Below, one piece after another: positions 48,172-62,451 of a stretch of 64,000 nt of DNA. How positions within the stretch are numbered: position 1 is the first letter of the stretch; each line of letters starts with the position of its first letter. The position numbers and the translations under genes were made by a program. The notes beneath the pieces were generated by a model. The model saw only the letters and a list, made by a program, of their open reading frames with translations, did no database searches and was not told the origin of the DNA. Source of the DNA: Eledone cirrhosa (lineage: Eukaryota); assembly GCA_964016885.1 (NCBI GenBank), contig OZ024763.1, positions 19,902,001 through 19,966,000 on the forward strand, in the 5' to 3' direction.

Positions 48172-48343
48172 GTATATATATATGTATATATATGTATATA
48201 GGAACGAGTAGGACCCCTACTCGTTCCTATTACCCACTCTACTACCCTAAGTATTGAGTACTTTGGTGCGTTATGGTCCACCTGGTTCCTTACCACATTT
48301 CCTTTGTTATCTCTATATATATATATATATGTATATATATATG

Positions 48344-48374
<31 letters not shown>

Positions 48375-48375
48375 G

Positions 48376-48428
<53 letters not shown>

Positions 48429-49390
48429 TTATATATATATATATGTATATATGTATATATATATATGTATATATGTATATATATATGTATATATATATAT
48501 GTATATATATATATGTATATATATATGTATATATGTATATATATGTATATATGTATATATATGTATATATGTATATATATATGTATATATGTATATATAT
48601 ATGTATATATGTATATATATATGTATATATATATATATGTGTATATATATGTATATATGTATATATGTATATATATATGTATATGTATATATATATATGT
48701 GTATATATATGTATATATGTATATATATGTGTATATATATATATATATGTGTATATATATGTATATAATATATGTGTATATATATGTATATATATATATG
48801 TGTATATATATATATGTGTATATATATGTATATATATATATGTGTATATATATGTATATATATATATGTGTATATATATGTATATATATATATGTATATA
48901 TATATGTATATATACGTATATATATATATATGTATATATATATATGTATATATATATATGTATATATATATGTATATATACGTATATATATATATGTATG
49001 TATAAATATATATATATGTATATATACGTATATATATATATGTATATATATATATGTATATATATATATGTATATACTATATTGTATATATATATATGTA
49101 TATATATATATGTATATATATGTATATATATCTCTATATATCTATCTATATATATACTGTATATATACTAATATTATATATATCATGTATATATACTATA
49201 TATGTATATATAGCTAATATATACTATATATACTATATATACTATATATATATATCTATATAATATATATATACTATATATATATACTATGTATATATAT
49301 ACTATGTATATAATATATATATATATACTATCGTATTTATATATATATATATGTTATATACTATATATATCTATATACTCTATATATATG

Positions 49391-49421
<31 letters not shown>

Positions 49422-49464
49422 GTACTATATATATTTTATATATATATATATGTATATATATGTG

Positions 49465-49535
<71 letters not shown>

Positions 49536-49594
49536 GTATATATATAAATATGTATATATATGTGTATATATATATATGTATATATATATGTATA

Positions 49595-49675
<81 letters not shown>
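47989..49675. repeat. Interrupted (TA)n arrays with a hairpin-bearing insert at 48199-48310
   Basis: Read directly. Confidence 0.9.
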
Positions 49676-49678
<3 letters not shown>

Positions 49679-49913
49679 AAAAAGTTACCCCGACGGCAGA
49701 GCTCAAGCTGTTTCGACGGCTATTATCACAAACGTTAAACTGATATATTTCTTCGTTGTACTGTGTTGTTTGCTTTGTTATTTCTGTTCGCTTTTTAATT
49801 ATTTATATGTCTAACCTATGCTAGCATGGAAAGTGGACGTTAAACGATGATTATGATATATAATATAATATATAAATTACAGAATAATCAAAACTATGTT
49901 CAAAACATTTTAT

Positions 49914-49960
49914 TGCTGACAATCGTTTCTTCCAAACTTTTGTTTGGAATCATTGGAGCA
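49914..49960 (-). ncRNA. Hammerhead family H10, left arm with a mutated core (CCAATGA)
   Basis: Inverse of 50348-50394, with the core mutated. Confidence 0.55.
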
Positions 49961-50347
49961 CTAGCAAAGTTTAGACATATAATGAAGACATATAATTTTT
50001 TAGACATATAATAATCCACAGAACAATTGTAAAGATACGTAGATGGACATTAGCGAGGACATTAGTGGTACATATGCAAACGTTTAGAAAGAGTGCAGAG
50101 GTATTAGGCATAATTCTATACGTTTGCATATGTACCGCTAATGTCTTTCGTTTTGCGAGTAACTTTCTTCTTTAATTCCTCTATAATTGTTGTATTATTC
50201 TTTTATAATCTTTGTTGCAACCACTGATACTGACCACATCATCTTCACTCTTTAAATATGACACTGTTAATGACAACACTAACACCTACGTATCTTTATG
50301 ATTGTTCTGTGGAATAGGAGGTTAATTATATGGCTAAACTTTGCTAG

Positions 50348-50394
50348 TGCTCTGATGATTCCAAACGAAAGTTTGGAAGAAACGATTGTCAGCA
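50348..50394 (+). ncRNA. Type I hammerhead ribozyme, family H10, canonical
   Basis: TGCT CTGATGA TTCCAAAC gaaa GTTTGGAA GAAA CGATTG TC / AGCA: 8-bp stem II with GNRA loop, GUC site after 50390. Lies in fold-back 49872-50437. Confidence 0.85.
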
Positions 50395-50815
50395 ATAACA
50401 TGTTTTGAACATAGTTTTGATTATTCTGTAATTTATATTCCGGCTCTGTAAAACATCTGATGTATTTACATTGAGCTATTTTTCTTACTGGTAATAAGGT
50501 GCTAATGAATTACTGACCTTTCCTGCTTATAATTATATATAGTGTATATATAAGTATAAATAATATTATTATTATTATTATATTGGCAGTATCGGTAGAA
50601 GGTTGGACAGGCTTTCCAGCATAGTTCCTTTATGATCTGAGTTCAAATCCCGCCGAGTTAACTTTGCCTCTCATCCTTACGGGGTCGATAAAATAAAGTA
50701 CCAGTAATGCACTGGGTAATTGCTGGCCTTGTGCCAAAAGTAGAAACAATTATTATTATAATATAATATATATGTATATATATATATACATATATATATA
50801 TATACATATATATAC

Positions 50816-50852
<37 letters not shown>

Positions 50853-50863
50853 TATATATACAT

Positions 50864-51597
50864 ACAGCCCCACACTGTAAATGTGGTTGGTGTTAGGAAG
50901 GGCATCCAGCTGTAGAAAACCCGCCAGACAGTCCACGCTGTAATGTGGCCGTGTAGGCAACACGGTAAAAACCTCCCAGCCCCACACTGTAAATGTGGTT
51001 GGTGTTAGGAAGGGCATCCAGCTGTAGAAAACCCGCCAGACAGTCCACGCTGTAATGTGGCCGTGTAGGCAACACGGTAAAAACCTCCCAGCCCCACACT
51101 GTAAATGTGGTTGGTGTTAGGAAGGGCATCCAGCTGTAGAAAACCCGCCAGACAGTCCACGCTGTAATGTGGCCGTGTAGGCAACACGGTAAAAACCTCC
51201 CAGCCCCACACTGTAAATGTCGTTGGTGTTAGGAAGGGCATCCAGCTGTAGAAAACCCGCCAGACAGTCCACGCTGTAATGTGGCCGTGTAGGCAACACG
51301 GTAAAATCCTCCCAGCCCCACACTGTAAATGTGGTTGGTGTTAGGAAGGGCATCCAGCTGTAGAAAACCCGCCAGACAGTCCACGCTGTAATGTGGCCGT
51401 GTAGGCAACACGGTAAAAACCTCCCAGCCCCACACTGTAAATGTGGTTGGTGTTAGGAAGGGCATCCAACTGTAGAAAACCCGCCAGACAGTCCTATGCG
51501 AGCAAGACAACCACTCTTGCCTCAAGTGGGAAAACCCCCATCCAAACCCATGCAAGCGTGGAACACGGACGCTCAACCTGATGATGATGATGATGAT
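50864..51597 (+). mobile_element. RTE subfamily A 3' UTR with a 112-bp tandem amplification (~5.5 units)
   Basis: Identical minus-strand ORF starts at 51017, 51129, 51241 and 51353; ends in (GAT)n. Confidence 0.9.
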
Positions 51598-51834
51598 ATA
51601 AACACACATACATACACACACACATATATATATGCACACACACACATATATATCTGGTGTCATGATAAAATGAACTTGGTAGAATTCATATGTAAGTGAT
51701 ATGCAGGTTACTGGCCATCTGAGAGGTCTGTTTGCGTATTGACTCGGTCAGTGAAGACCTGACCAATCCTTGCTAGCAGGGAAAACGGAGGTTAAATTAT
51801 AAAGATGTTGGTGATAATTATGATAATCTTTTTC

Positions 51835-52350
51835 TTTTTCTTCTTCACCCTCTTATTCCTGGGGGTATTGTGCGGCAGAGTCCTCAAACATTCCTTCCAG
51901 CAGGTCCTGTCAGAAGCAACCATCTCCAATTGATCTGGCTGGATCCCCAAACGAGACCCGTCGAGCTCATGGATGTTATCCAACCATCTTGTTCAGGGTC
52001 TACCCCTGGGTCTCCTGCTGGTTGGATTTGCCTGAAAATCTGTCCAGTGATTCTTTCCTGAGACATTTTAACCACAACCAGTTAAGCTCATGGGTTTTAT
52101 CCAACCATCTTGCTCAGGATCTCTACCCTTGGGTCTCCTGCTGGTTGGTTTTTGCCTTAAAATCTGTCCAATGATTCTTTCCTGAGACATTCTAAACACG
52201 TCTGTAATATCAGAGCTGGATCCTCAAATGCTACCAGCCGAGTTCATGAATGTTATCTAACCTTCTTCCTTGGGGTCTACCTCTGGGTCTCCTGCTGGTT
52301 GGTTTTACCCATAAAATCTATCCATTGATGTTTCCCTGTGACATTCTAAC
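51835..52350 (-). mobile_element. Old RTE-like LINE 3' remnant with a triplicated segment
   Basis: Minus strand reads RRPRGRP*TRWLDNIHELDGSRLGI...DRTCWK; the segment recurs at ~51976, 52097 and 52253. Confidence 0.6.
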
Positions 52351-52377
52351 CCTGTTTTTTTTTCTTCTTCTTTCTAG

Positions 52378-52545
52378 ACTACTATGGTTGTTGTTGGTGT
52401 TGCTGTGTCTTGGACTGATGTCCTACCAAATCATAGACCGTATCATCTATTACTACAGCTGGCCAGTGACCGTCAATGTGGATGTCAACTACAACAAAAC
52501 CCTCATCTTCCCATCTGTAACAATTTGTAATCAAAATGCTTTCAG
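52378..52545 (+). CDS. DEG/ENaC sodium channel, next coding exon (TM1 and post-M1 FPxVTICN motif)
   Basis: Polypyrimidine tract then TAG|A; encodes (K)LLWLLLVLLCLGLMSYQIIDRIIYYYSWPVTVNVDVNYNKTLIFPSVTICNQNAF(R); donor AG|GTAAGT. Confidence 0.92.
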
Positions 52546-53290
52546 GTAAGTTTCGACATACACATACATACACACACATACATACACACATACACATACA
52601 TGCATATTTACACAAACACTTATACACACACACATACACATACATACACATACATACAAACACACACATTACATACACACACTCTTACACACACATACAT
52701 ACACACATACACATACATGCATATTTACACAAACACTTATACACACACACATACACATACATACACATACATACACATACATACAAACACACACATTACA
52801 TACACACACTCTTACACACAGATACACACACACACACACACATTGCATACACACACACACACACATTACATACATGAATGTACATATATATGATGATGAT
52901 GATGATGATGGTGATGATATGCACATACATACAAACACATCACATAAACACATAGACACTTACACACACACACACACATATATACAGAGTGCATATATGC
53001 AGATACATAGTAATTCATAGGCATTCACATACATGCATACACACACACACATATACATGTGTAAATACACTCTAACACATATGCACACACACATACATAC
53101 AAATACAGACACTCACATACAAACACATAGACACACACACACACATATATGTTTAGGCACTTACATAGACATGTACACATACAGAAATACAAATACATGC
53201 ACACACATATGATATATACTAATGTAAATATAGATATTAATGTAAACATATATATTAAGCTAAATATATATTTACATATATAATAATAGA

Positions 53291-53640
53291 TTGGCAGAAT
53301 CGGTAGAGCATCGACAACATCGTTTGTGGTACAGAGTTACGGCCATTTTGTTTTGAGTTCAAGTCCTGCCGAGGTTAGCATTGCCTTTCATCTTTACCGG
53401 GTCAATAAAATAAAGTACCAGTAACACACAGGGATTGATTTGATCGACTTTCCCCCCTCCCAAAATTGGTGGCCTTGTGCCTAAATCAGAAGCCATTGAG
53501 TTACGGCCCTTTATGGTCTGAGTTCAAATCCCTCCGAGGTTAACTTTGCCTTTCATCCTTACGGGGTCGATAAAATAAAGTACCAGTAATGTACTGGGTA
53601 ATTGTTGGCTTTGTGCCAAAAGTAGAAACAATTATTATAA
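53291..53640 (+). mobile_element. Tandem pair of tRNA-derived SINEs
   Basis: Two consecutive gagttcaa...gcctttcatc...aaagtaccagtaa bodies. Confidence 0.75.
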
Positions 53641-53650
53641 TGTATATATT

Positions 53651-53731
53651 ATATAGAAATGGCTTCTACAGGACTAGAACTGTTTCATTCAAAGGAAAAA
53701 AGTTCTAGTCCTGTAGAAGCCATTTCTATAT
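53651..53731. repeat. Fold-back hairpin with ~31-bp arms
   Basis: atatagaaatggcttctacaggactagaact ... agttctagtcctgtagaagccatttctatat. Confidence 0.8.
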
Positions 53732-53942
53732 TAAATAATTATACTCTGCTATGTATTGAGTACCTTACTTACTGTGGTTACCCCCGATTCTACCTGGGAT
53801 ACACACACACACACATATATATATGATAATGTATATATGATACAGTGGTAAGAAACTCTCAAGAGAGTTGGATAGCAGAAGGTCTTCAGGGAAGAAACTA
53901 ATCTAGATATATATATATTTACATATATTCTAATGTAAATAT

Positions 53943-54751
53943 ATCATCATCATCATCATCAACGTTTAACATCCGTGTTCCACGCTTGCATGGGTTTGGA
54001 CGGGGGTAGTCCCACTTGAGGCAAGAGTGATTGTCTTGCTCGCATAGGACTGTCTGGCGGGTTTTCTACAGCTGGATGCACTTCCTAACACCAACCACAT
54101 TTACAGTGTGGGTCTGGGAGGTTTTTACCGTGTTGCCTACACGGCCACATTACAGCGTGGACTGTGTGTTTTTTTGTCGTGACACCTACACGATCTCATT
54201 TGTTTCGGCCTGGATGGCGCGGCACCAACATAACTTTACATAGAACGGGGTGGTGTGGATGGGGTGGGGGTTGTGGTGGTGGGACGTGGTGTATTTTGTT
54301 AGAGATGCCTACTGGCAAGGCGGGTCTTCTCTATTACTGAGTACCGCCAAAGGTCTCGGTCCAGTGACATTGTCTTGGTGAGGTGTAAGTGTGTGAGGTC
54401 GGTGTTTATCAGCTCGTCCCAGGTTTTTCTGGGTCTGCCTATTCCGTGGCTACCGTCTATCTTTATTGCCCTGCACTTTGTTATACAGCTATCATCCTTC
54501 ATGCGCATCACGTGACCATACCAACGTAGCCTTCTCTCTAGTAAACAACATCTGATCCCTCTTATTTCTAATTTTTTCCTTAGTTCGTTTATGCTTTGTC
54601 GTTCACGTATATTACTATTACACATCCAGCGGAGCATGCAAGCTTCGTTTCTCTCTAGTCTGCGTATATCCTCTGCACACAATGCCCAGGTCTCACTGCC
54701 ATGCAACATTGCTGTTCGTATGCAGGCATCGTACAGCCTGCCTTTCATTTT
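53943..54751 (-). mobile_element. RTE LINE subfamily A, 5'-truncated
   Basis: ORF 54299-54748, 3' UTR and (GAT)n tail. Confidence 0.9.
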
Positions 54752-54877
54752 GTAAATATATATCTATTTACATATATACTAATGTAAATATATATATATA
54801 TTAATGTAATTATATATCTATTTACATATATATTAATTTAAGTATATATATATTTACCTATATATTAATGTAAATAA

Positions 54878-55462
54878 TGATCAGATTAGAATGGGAAGGG
54901 GGTGTTCCGAGGCCTTAGTATCTAGAATAAGGACGGGTTGGAAGAAGTTTAGGGAGCTGCTTCCTCTGTTGACAAAGAAAGGTTTCTCCTTGCATACGAA
55001 AGGACGGTTATATGATGCCTGTGTGAGATGCACGATGCTGCATGGTAGTGAGACATGGACTGCAGAGGATATGTGATGGCTGGAGAGAAATGAAGCAAGT
55101 GTGCTCCTTTGGATGTGCAATGTCAATGTGCGTGAACGACGAAGCATGGACGAGTTGTGAAAGAAACTAAGTATAAGAGGGATAAGTTGTGGTGTGCAGG
55201 AGAGAAGGCTGAGATGGTATGGACATGTGATGCGCATGGAGGATAATTGCTGGGTAAAGAAGTGCCAGGAAGTCTAGTGGAGGGAAGACGCAGTAGAGGT
55301 AGACCATGAAAAACATAGGCGGAGGTGGTGAGAGCAGACTTCAGATCGCTGAGGCTCACCGAGGAGATGATGAAGGACCGTGACAAGTGCAGAGATGCTG
55401 TGCTGAATAGGACCCATCCAGCCCTTGCAAGCAGGGAAAAGCGGACGTAAAATGATGATGAT
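54878..55462 (+). mobile_element. RTE LINE subfamily C, degenerate
   Basis: [16 protein letters not shown]...GSETW with stop codons; C-type tail. Confidence 0.85.
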
Positions 55463-55941
55463 TTACATACATAATAATGTAAATATATATATATATATAT
55501 TTACCTATAATGAAGGAAGTATGGTAAGGAACCAGGTGGACCATAACGCACCAGAGTACTCGATACTTTCGGTAGTAGAGTGGGTAATAGGAAACTAGTC
55601 AGGACCCCAACGGCTGAGCTCTGGCCATTTAGACAGCTAGTTCTGAACTGGCTGTCTAAATGGCCAGAGCTCAACCGTCGGGGTCCTGACTCTTTTCCTA
55701 TATTTACCTATATATCAATGTAAATATATATATTTACATACATATTAATGTAAATATATATATATTTACCTATATATTAATGTATATATATATATACTAA
55801 AAAATAAATCACCACACAAAACGCCAGCACCAACAGTTTTGCAAGAGATGTCAACATGAATGGACCTGTTATTTTTATCTAAAGACATTTTTTCCAATTC
55901 CAACCCGCCTGTCCCCTCAATCAATCTTATTTTTCATTCTT

Positions 55942-55977
55942 TCTTCTGATGAAGGACTAGCGTTGGAAACGTTAAGA
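55942..55977 (+). ncRNA. Minimal hammerhead, family H4 (stem II disrupted)
   Basis: TCTT CTGATGA aggactagcgttg GAAA CG TT / AAGA. Confidence 0.5.
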
Positions 55978-56161
55978 CCCTCTGCCTGTTATTTCAAGCG
56001 TTAACCTAATATATCCCTTCCATATACTGTAGCGATTGTGTTGTTATTTCTGTTTACCTTTTACACACATATATATATATATATATATGGAAAAAATCTG
56101 AAAAATTAATAAGAGGTGGGGTGGATGATTATTTGATATCTGAGAGTACAATGTTTTTTAA

Positions 56162-56382
56162 CTCTTTAGCATTCACATTACTCTATATATACTATTGTAT
56201 TTTGGTAGTAAACACTTTATCTTACATAATTATCTCACATAATATCGAATCTATGAGATTTTGATGTTATTTATCTTGAGAATAATACCTTAACATCAGC
56301 ATGAGTGGCCAGTTACAGCTGATTTGAATAGAAAGAGGTGAGACATTTCTGGCCGGATATGGCCGGTTTGAATGCTAAAGGG
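56162..56382 (-). mobile_element. piggyBac-type MITE, copy 2
   Basis: TTAA|ctctttagcattca ... tgaatgctaaaggg|TTAA. Confidence 0.75.
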
Positions 56383-56856
56383 TTAATGTATAAAGAAAAT
56401 TAATTGCTGCAGGAAAACAAAATTTCGCTGGAGAGAGATGAGCAAAATTTGATAGGAAGTTGAGAAGAAGTAGGAGCAGATGTCTTGGTATCTAGAGGTT
56501 AAAAGTAAATAAAACTATTTAGACAGGAAAATGCAGAAGTATGGAATCTAATTCCAGGAAGAAATGGAAAGAGATGGAAACATGAAGAATTAAATTACAT
56601 TCTTCTTTCTTTTATCTTTTTTTTGGTCTTAAATTATCAAAAGATATCTTTCTGTTGCTATCAAATGATAATTTATATATTTCACATGATTTCTATAATA
56701 TAAAGAAGAATTTTATGATAAGGTTTCTTATTTTTTATATGTGTAATATATATAAATATATATATATGTATGTATATATTACACACATATATATGTATTG
56801 GAAATTAACCTATATATATATATATATATAGTGAAGGCGCGTGGCTGAGTGGTTAG

Positions 56857-57166
56857 AGGTATTTTTGTTAGAGGTGCCTACTGACTGTAGTAAGTTTCAC
56901 TTTGTACTTAGGTAAGGCGGGTCTTCTTTATTACTGTGTAGCGCCAAAGATCTCAGTCCAGTGACATTGTCTTGGAGAGGTGTAAGTGTGTGAGGTCAGA
57001 ATTTATCAAGTCGTCCCAGGTTTTTCTGGGTCTACCTACTCCGTGGCTACCATCTATTTTAATTGCCCTGCACTTTTTTATACAGCTGCCGTCTTTCATG
57101 CGCATCACGTGACCATACCAACGTAGTCTTCTCTCGAGTAAACAACATCTGAACCCTCTTATTTCT
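56857..57166 (-). mobile_element. RTE LINE subfamily A fragment
   Basis: [18 protein letters not shown]...GRPRKTW; lacks most of the 3' UTR. Confidence 0.85.
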
Positions 57167-57168
57167 CT

Positions 57169-57219
<51 letters not shown>

Positions 57220-57480
57220 GGAAAAAATGAAACGAAATTTCATTTCCCACTCTTAGTACGGCTGTTACTTAAATATAAGTATGTACACATACATACATAT
57301 AAGTATACAGACGTACAGTAGTATGTATATATATATACATACATGCACACATATATATATGTACGTATGGATTCACCGAACATTTATTATAATGCTCGGT
57401 GTGTTTGTAAACAAACATCCCGTATTAAGCCGTAGTGTCCAGCAACCATCGTTGCTCGTTTGTTCAACACTGACAAAGGA

Positions 57481-57523
57481 ACGCTGTACTAGTTTCAAGC
57501 TTATTAGCTATCGTCAGCAACGT
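57481..57523 (-). ncRNA. Minimal type I hammerhead, family H9, intact
   Basis: ACGTTG CTGACGA t AGCT aata AGCT t GAAA CTAG TA / CAGCGT. Confidence 0.8.
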
Positions 57524-58011
57524 ATACCTTCCTGCCAGATTGTTGAACGTATATACTTGTCCCTTATGCATATTAACGGCTGAGTAGCCCAATTTGCATA
57601 TCGAGTGGGTTAATCGGCCGGGTGCACCGAAAATGATAAACGGAAAAAATGAAACGAAATTTCATTTCCCACTCTTAGTATGGCTGTTAATATGCATAAG
57701 CCGTTAATATTCATAAGGTAAGTACACCGAAGTGTCACTGGGTACACTGTCATCATTGAAATATGTATCACAGCATTATCATTAAAGGACTTTAACATCT
57801 GAAACTACTTCGCATTTTCTTACTCTATATATAGGAAAATGTTCAAGACCCTGATGGCAGAGAAATAGCTGTCGAAACGGCTTGAACATTTTCGGGGTCT
57901 TGAACATTTTCCTATTACCCACTCTACTACCCTAAGTATTGAGTACTCTGGTGCGTTATGGTCCATCTGGTTCCTTACCACACTTCCTTTGTTATATACA
58001 CACACACATAT

Positions 58012-58729
<718 letters not shown>

Positions 58730-58800
58730 TAGATATATATATGACTACTTTGATTAAATCTTAACCTTTTAACATCTCAGGGTATGTCATGTATCATTAT

Positions 58801-58853
58801 ATTTTGTCTTATGAGGACGTACTGTTGTACCTCCGAAATATGTATAATAAAAT
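58801..58853 (+). ncRNA. Hammerhead family H11 with a mutated core (CTTATGA)
   Basis: ATTTTGT CTTATGA GGAcGTAC tgtt GTACcTCC GAAA TATGTA TA / ATAAAAT. Downstream sequence is the inverse of ~3104-3220. Confidence 0.6.
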
Positions 58854-59074
58854 TTAATTGATCAAAAGAACATCTATTTTATTAATATTTGTATTTTAAT
58901 ATTAATAACACTGGGAAATTATTTTCTGTAGAGTGCTTCCAATATACTGTAAAACTCATTCTTTGATATACTCATTGAATCTTGTTTAACTCTTTAATAT
59001 ATATATATGGAGGCACATGGCTTAGTGGTTAGAGCATTGGCCTTGCAATCGAAAGGTTATATATATACACACAC

Positions 59075-61034
59075 ATCATCATCATCATCATCATCAACGT
59101 TTAACGTCCGTGTTCCACGCTTGCATGGGTTTGGACGGGGGTAGTCCCACTTGAGGCAAGAGTGATTGTCTTGCTCGCATAGGACTGTCTGGCAGGTTTT
59201 CTACAGTTGGATGCCCTTCCTAACACCAACCACATTTACAGTGTGGGTCTGGGAGGTTTTTACCGTGTTGCCTACACGGCCACATTACAGCGTGGACTGT
59301 GTGTTTTTTTGTCGTGACACCTACACGATCTCATTTGTTTCGGCCTCGATGGCGCGGCACCAACATAACTTTACATAGAACGGGGTGGTGTGGATCGGGT
59401 GGGGGTGGTGGGACGGGGTGTATTTTGTTAGAGATGCCTACTGGCTGGAGTAGGTTTTACTATATATTTAGGTAAGGCGGGTCTTCTCTGTTACTGAGTA
59501 CCGCCAAAGGTCTCGGTCCAGTGACATTGTCTTGGAGAGGTGTAAGTGTGTGATGTCGGAGTTTATCAGCTCGTCCCAGGTTTTTCTAGGTCTGCCTATT
59601 CCGTGACTACCGTCTATCTTTATTGCCCTGCACTTTGTTATACAGCTATCGACTTTCATGCGCATCACGTGTCCATACCAACGTAGCCTTCTCTCGAGTA
59701 AACAACATCTGATCCCTCTTATCTCTAATTTATTCCTTAGTTCGTTTATGCTTTGCCGTTCACGTATATTACTGTTACACATCCAGCGGAGCATGCAAGC
59801 TTCGTTCCTCTCTAGTCTGCGTATATCCTCTGCACACAATGCCCAGGTCTCACTGCCATGCAGCATTGCTGTTCGTATGCAGGCATCGTACAACCTGCCT
59901 TTCATTTTTAGTGAGAACCCTTTAGCAGCTAATAGTGGTATAAGCTCTCTGAACTTTTTCCAACCAGTTCTGACTCTAGCTACAGTACTTTCAGAGCACC
60001 CTCCCCCACTGCTGATTTTATCGCCCAGGTAACGGAAGCTGTCCACTATTTCTATAGAACCCTCTGCGCAATTGAAAGAGCTAGTAGTTTGTGGGCACTT
60101 GCTGCTACTTATTGCACCAGAGCACCGGCCACATGTAAAATCTATGTTCTTAGTTAGCCTACCTGTGATCCCACTACATCTTTTATGCACCCATACTTTG
60201 CATTTAGGACATAAAATGGAGTTTCTACCTACGCCTTTCCTACACACCGAGCACGACCATTTCCCAGAAGGGACCGCCGCCTTGTTTTCTTTCCTACAAA
60301 CTAGTACTTTGGTCTTAGCCAGGTTAATTTTAAGTCCTTTTGACTCTAGGCCGTGCTTCCATGTTTGGAATTTCTTCTCTAGCTCGGCCATTGATTCCGC
60401 TATGAGTGTCAGGTCGTCTGCGTATAGGAGTTCCCATGGGCAGCCTGTCTTGAACTCCTCTGTTATGGCCTGAAGGGCAATAATAAATAGTAGTGGACTG
60501 AGAACAGAGCCCTGATGGACGCCGACTTTTACGCTAAACTCTTCACTATATTCGTTGTTAATTCTAACCTTGCTGACTGTTTCTTTATACATGGCTTGTA
60601 TAGCCCTCACAAGCCATTCGTCAACGCCTAGTTTTCTAAGAGCCCACCAGATAATGGAGCGGGGGACTCTGTCGAAGGCTTTCTCCAAGTCGACAAAAGC
60701 TAAGTAGAGGGGTTTACCTTTAGCTAGGTACTTCTCTTGTAGTTGTCGTACTATGAAAAGAGCGTCTGTGGTACTTTTGCCTGACACAAACCCGAACTGC
60801 ATTTCATCTAGGTCAATTCTCTCTCTGATTAGTTGCGCTATTACTCTTTCCGTGACCTTCATGACCTGGTCGATTAATTTAATGCCTCTATAGTTACTCC
60901 TATCTAGGGCGTCTCCTTTACCCTTATAACAGTTAACGATGATGCTGCTATGCCAGTCCTTCGGAACAACCCCGTTCTGTACGACTTGGTTAACTATGCG
61001 GGTGACCATGGTGTGTCCCACCGTGCCAGATGCC

Positions 61035-61037
<3 letters not shown>
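59075..61037 (-). mobile_element. RTE LINE subfamily A, 5'-truncated, uninterrupted RT/PHD ORF (stop at 59468)
   Basis: Full RT motif set; the ORF N-terminus in the track is microsatellite read-through. Confidence 0.95.
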
Positions 61038-61082
<45 letters not shown>

Positions 61083-61084
61083 TA

Positions 61085-61116
<32 letters not shown>

Positions 61117-61123
61117 CACACAC

Positions 61124-61199
<76 letters not shown>

Positions 61200-61227
61200 A
61201 TATATATATACATATATATATATACAC

Positions 61228-61333
<106 letters not shown>

Positions 61334-61398
61334 ATATATATAAATATATATATATATATATGTGTATATATATAAATATATATATATATATATGTGTA

Positions 61399-61439
<41 letters not shown>

Positions 61440-61498
61440 GTGTGTATATATATATAAATATATATATATATGTGTATACATATATATATATATATGTG

Positions 61499-61591
<93 letters not shown>

Positions 61592-61961
61592 CAGATAGGC
61601 AAATCAGAGAGGCCAGTGAAATAGAACTTAGAAGGCCAAGGCTAAACAGAAAGAATGAATGGAATAATAACAACACCCAAACAAACAACACTGTCCTGAG
61701 AGAAGTATAAATAAATAAATAATAGATAAATAAATAAATAAATACATACACAAGCACAATAACAACAAACACATATAAACACACACTAGTAAAGATAGAA
61801 TACATTAACCAATCCCGAACACACATCAAACAAAACACTATACACACACGCAAACGCATGCGCAAAGAAGACAAAATAAAATAAACAAATAAATAAATAT
61901 ATAAACAGACTAAATAAAGATGGCGTAGAAAATACAAAATACAATGTAACGGGAGGAAACA

Positions 61962-62015
61962 ATAGCACCACTGATGATGTTGCAGATGTGCAACGAAAGA
62001 ACTTTGATAAACTAT
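61962..62015 (+). ncRNA. Hammerhead-like motif, family H2 copy 2, in element ~61590-62218
   Basis: CTGATGA t GTTGCA gatg TGCAAC GAAA gaac TT. Confidence 0.5.
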
Positions 62016-62377
62016 ATATATGTGTTTGTGTCTATATTGTATCTGTATTATTTTTGACCGTTGGTCAGTCAATGACAACATTGAGGACCGAATAAATTAG
62101 ATTACCGATATAAAAGATACAGAAGCGAAAAGCGAAAACCAACCAAACAGTGAGTGTGTTCTGTTATAAATTCTGGCAATATTACACAAATATGACCCTC
62201 CCCAAGTATAACAATATATATACACACACACACATATATATATATATATATTAGGGTAAACATTGATGCAATTCAATTCAAGCACTCAACGTACTTTTTC
62301 CACATAGGAGTGACGGAGTAAATATCGAATAAGTAAAAGCGAAGTAGTTTCAGATGTTCAAGTCCTGTAATAATAAT

Positions 62378-62451
62378 GCTGTGATATATATTTCAATGAC
62401 GACACTGGTCACACTGTTCTGTGTGCGAGTGTCGTGACATCATCAGACAGC
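62378..62451 (-). ncRNA. Type I hammerhead, family H12
   Basis: GCTGT CTGATGA tGTcACGACAC...GTGTCGTcATt GAAA TATATA TC / ACAGC. Confidence 0.8.

Noticed and set aside
52250-52377. N-terminal extension of the exon 2 ORF (MLSNLLPWG...)
   Set aside because: Intronic repeat and polypyrimidine tract upstream of the acceptor.
57848-57890. CTGATGG...GAAA hammerhead-like motif
   Set aside because: Non-canonical core, and better explained as an inversion junction of the hairpin-capped element.
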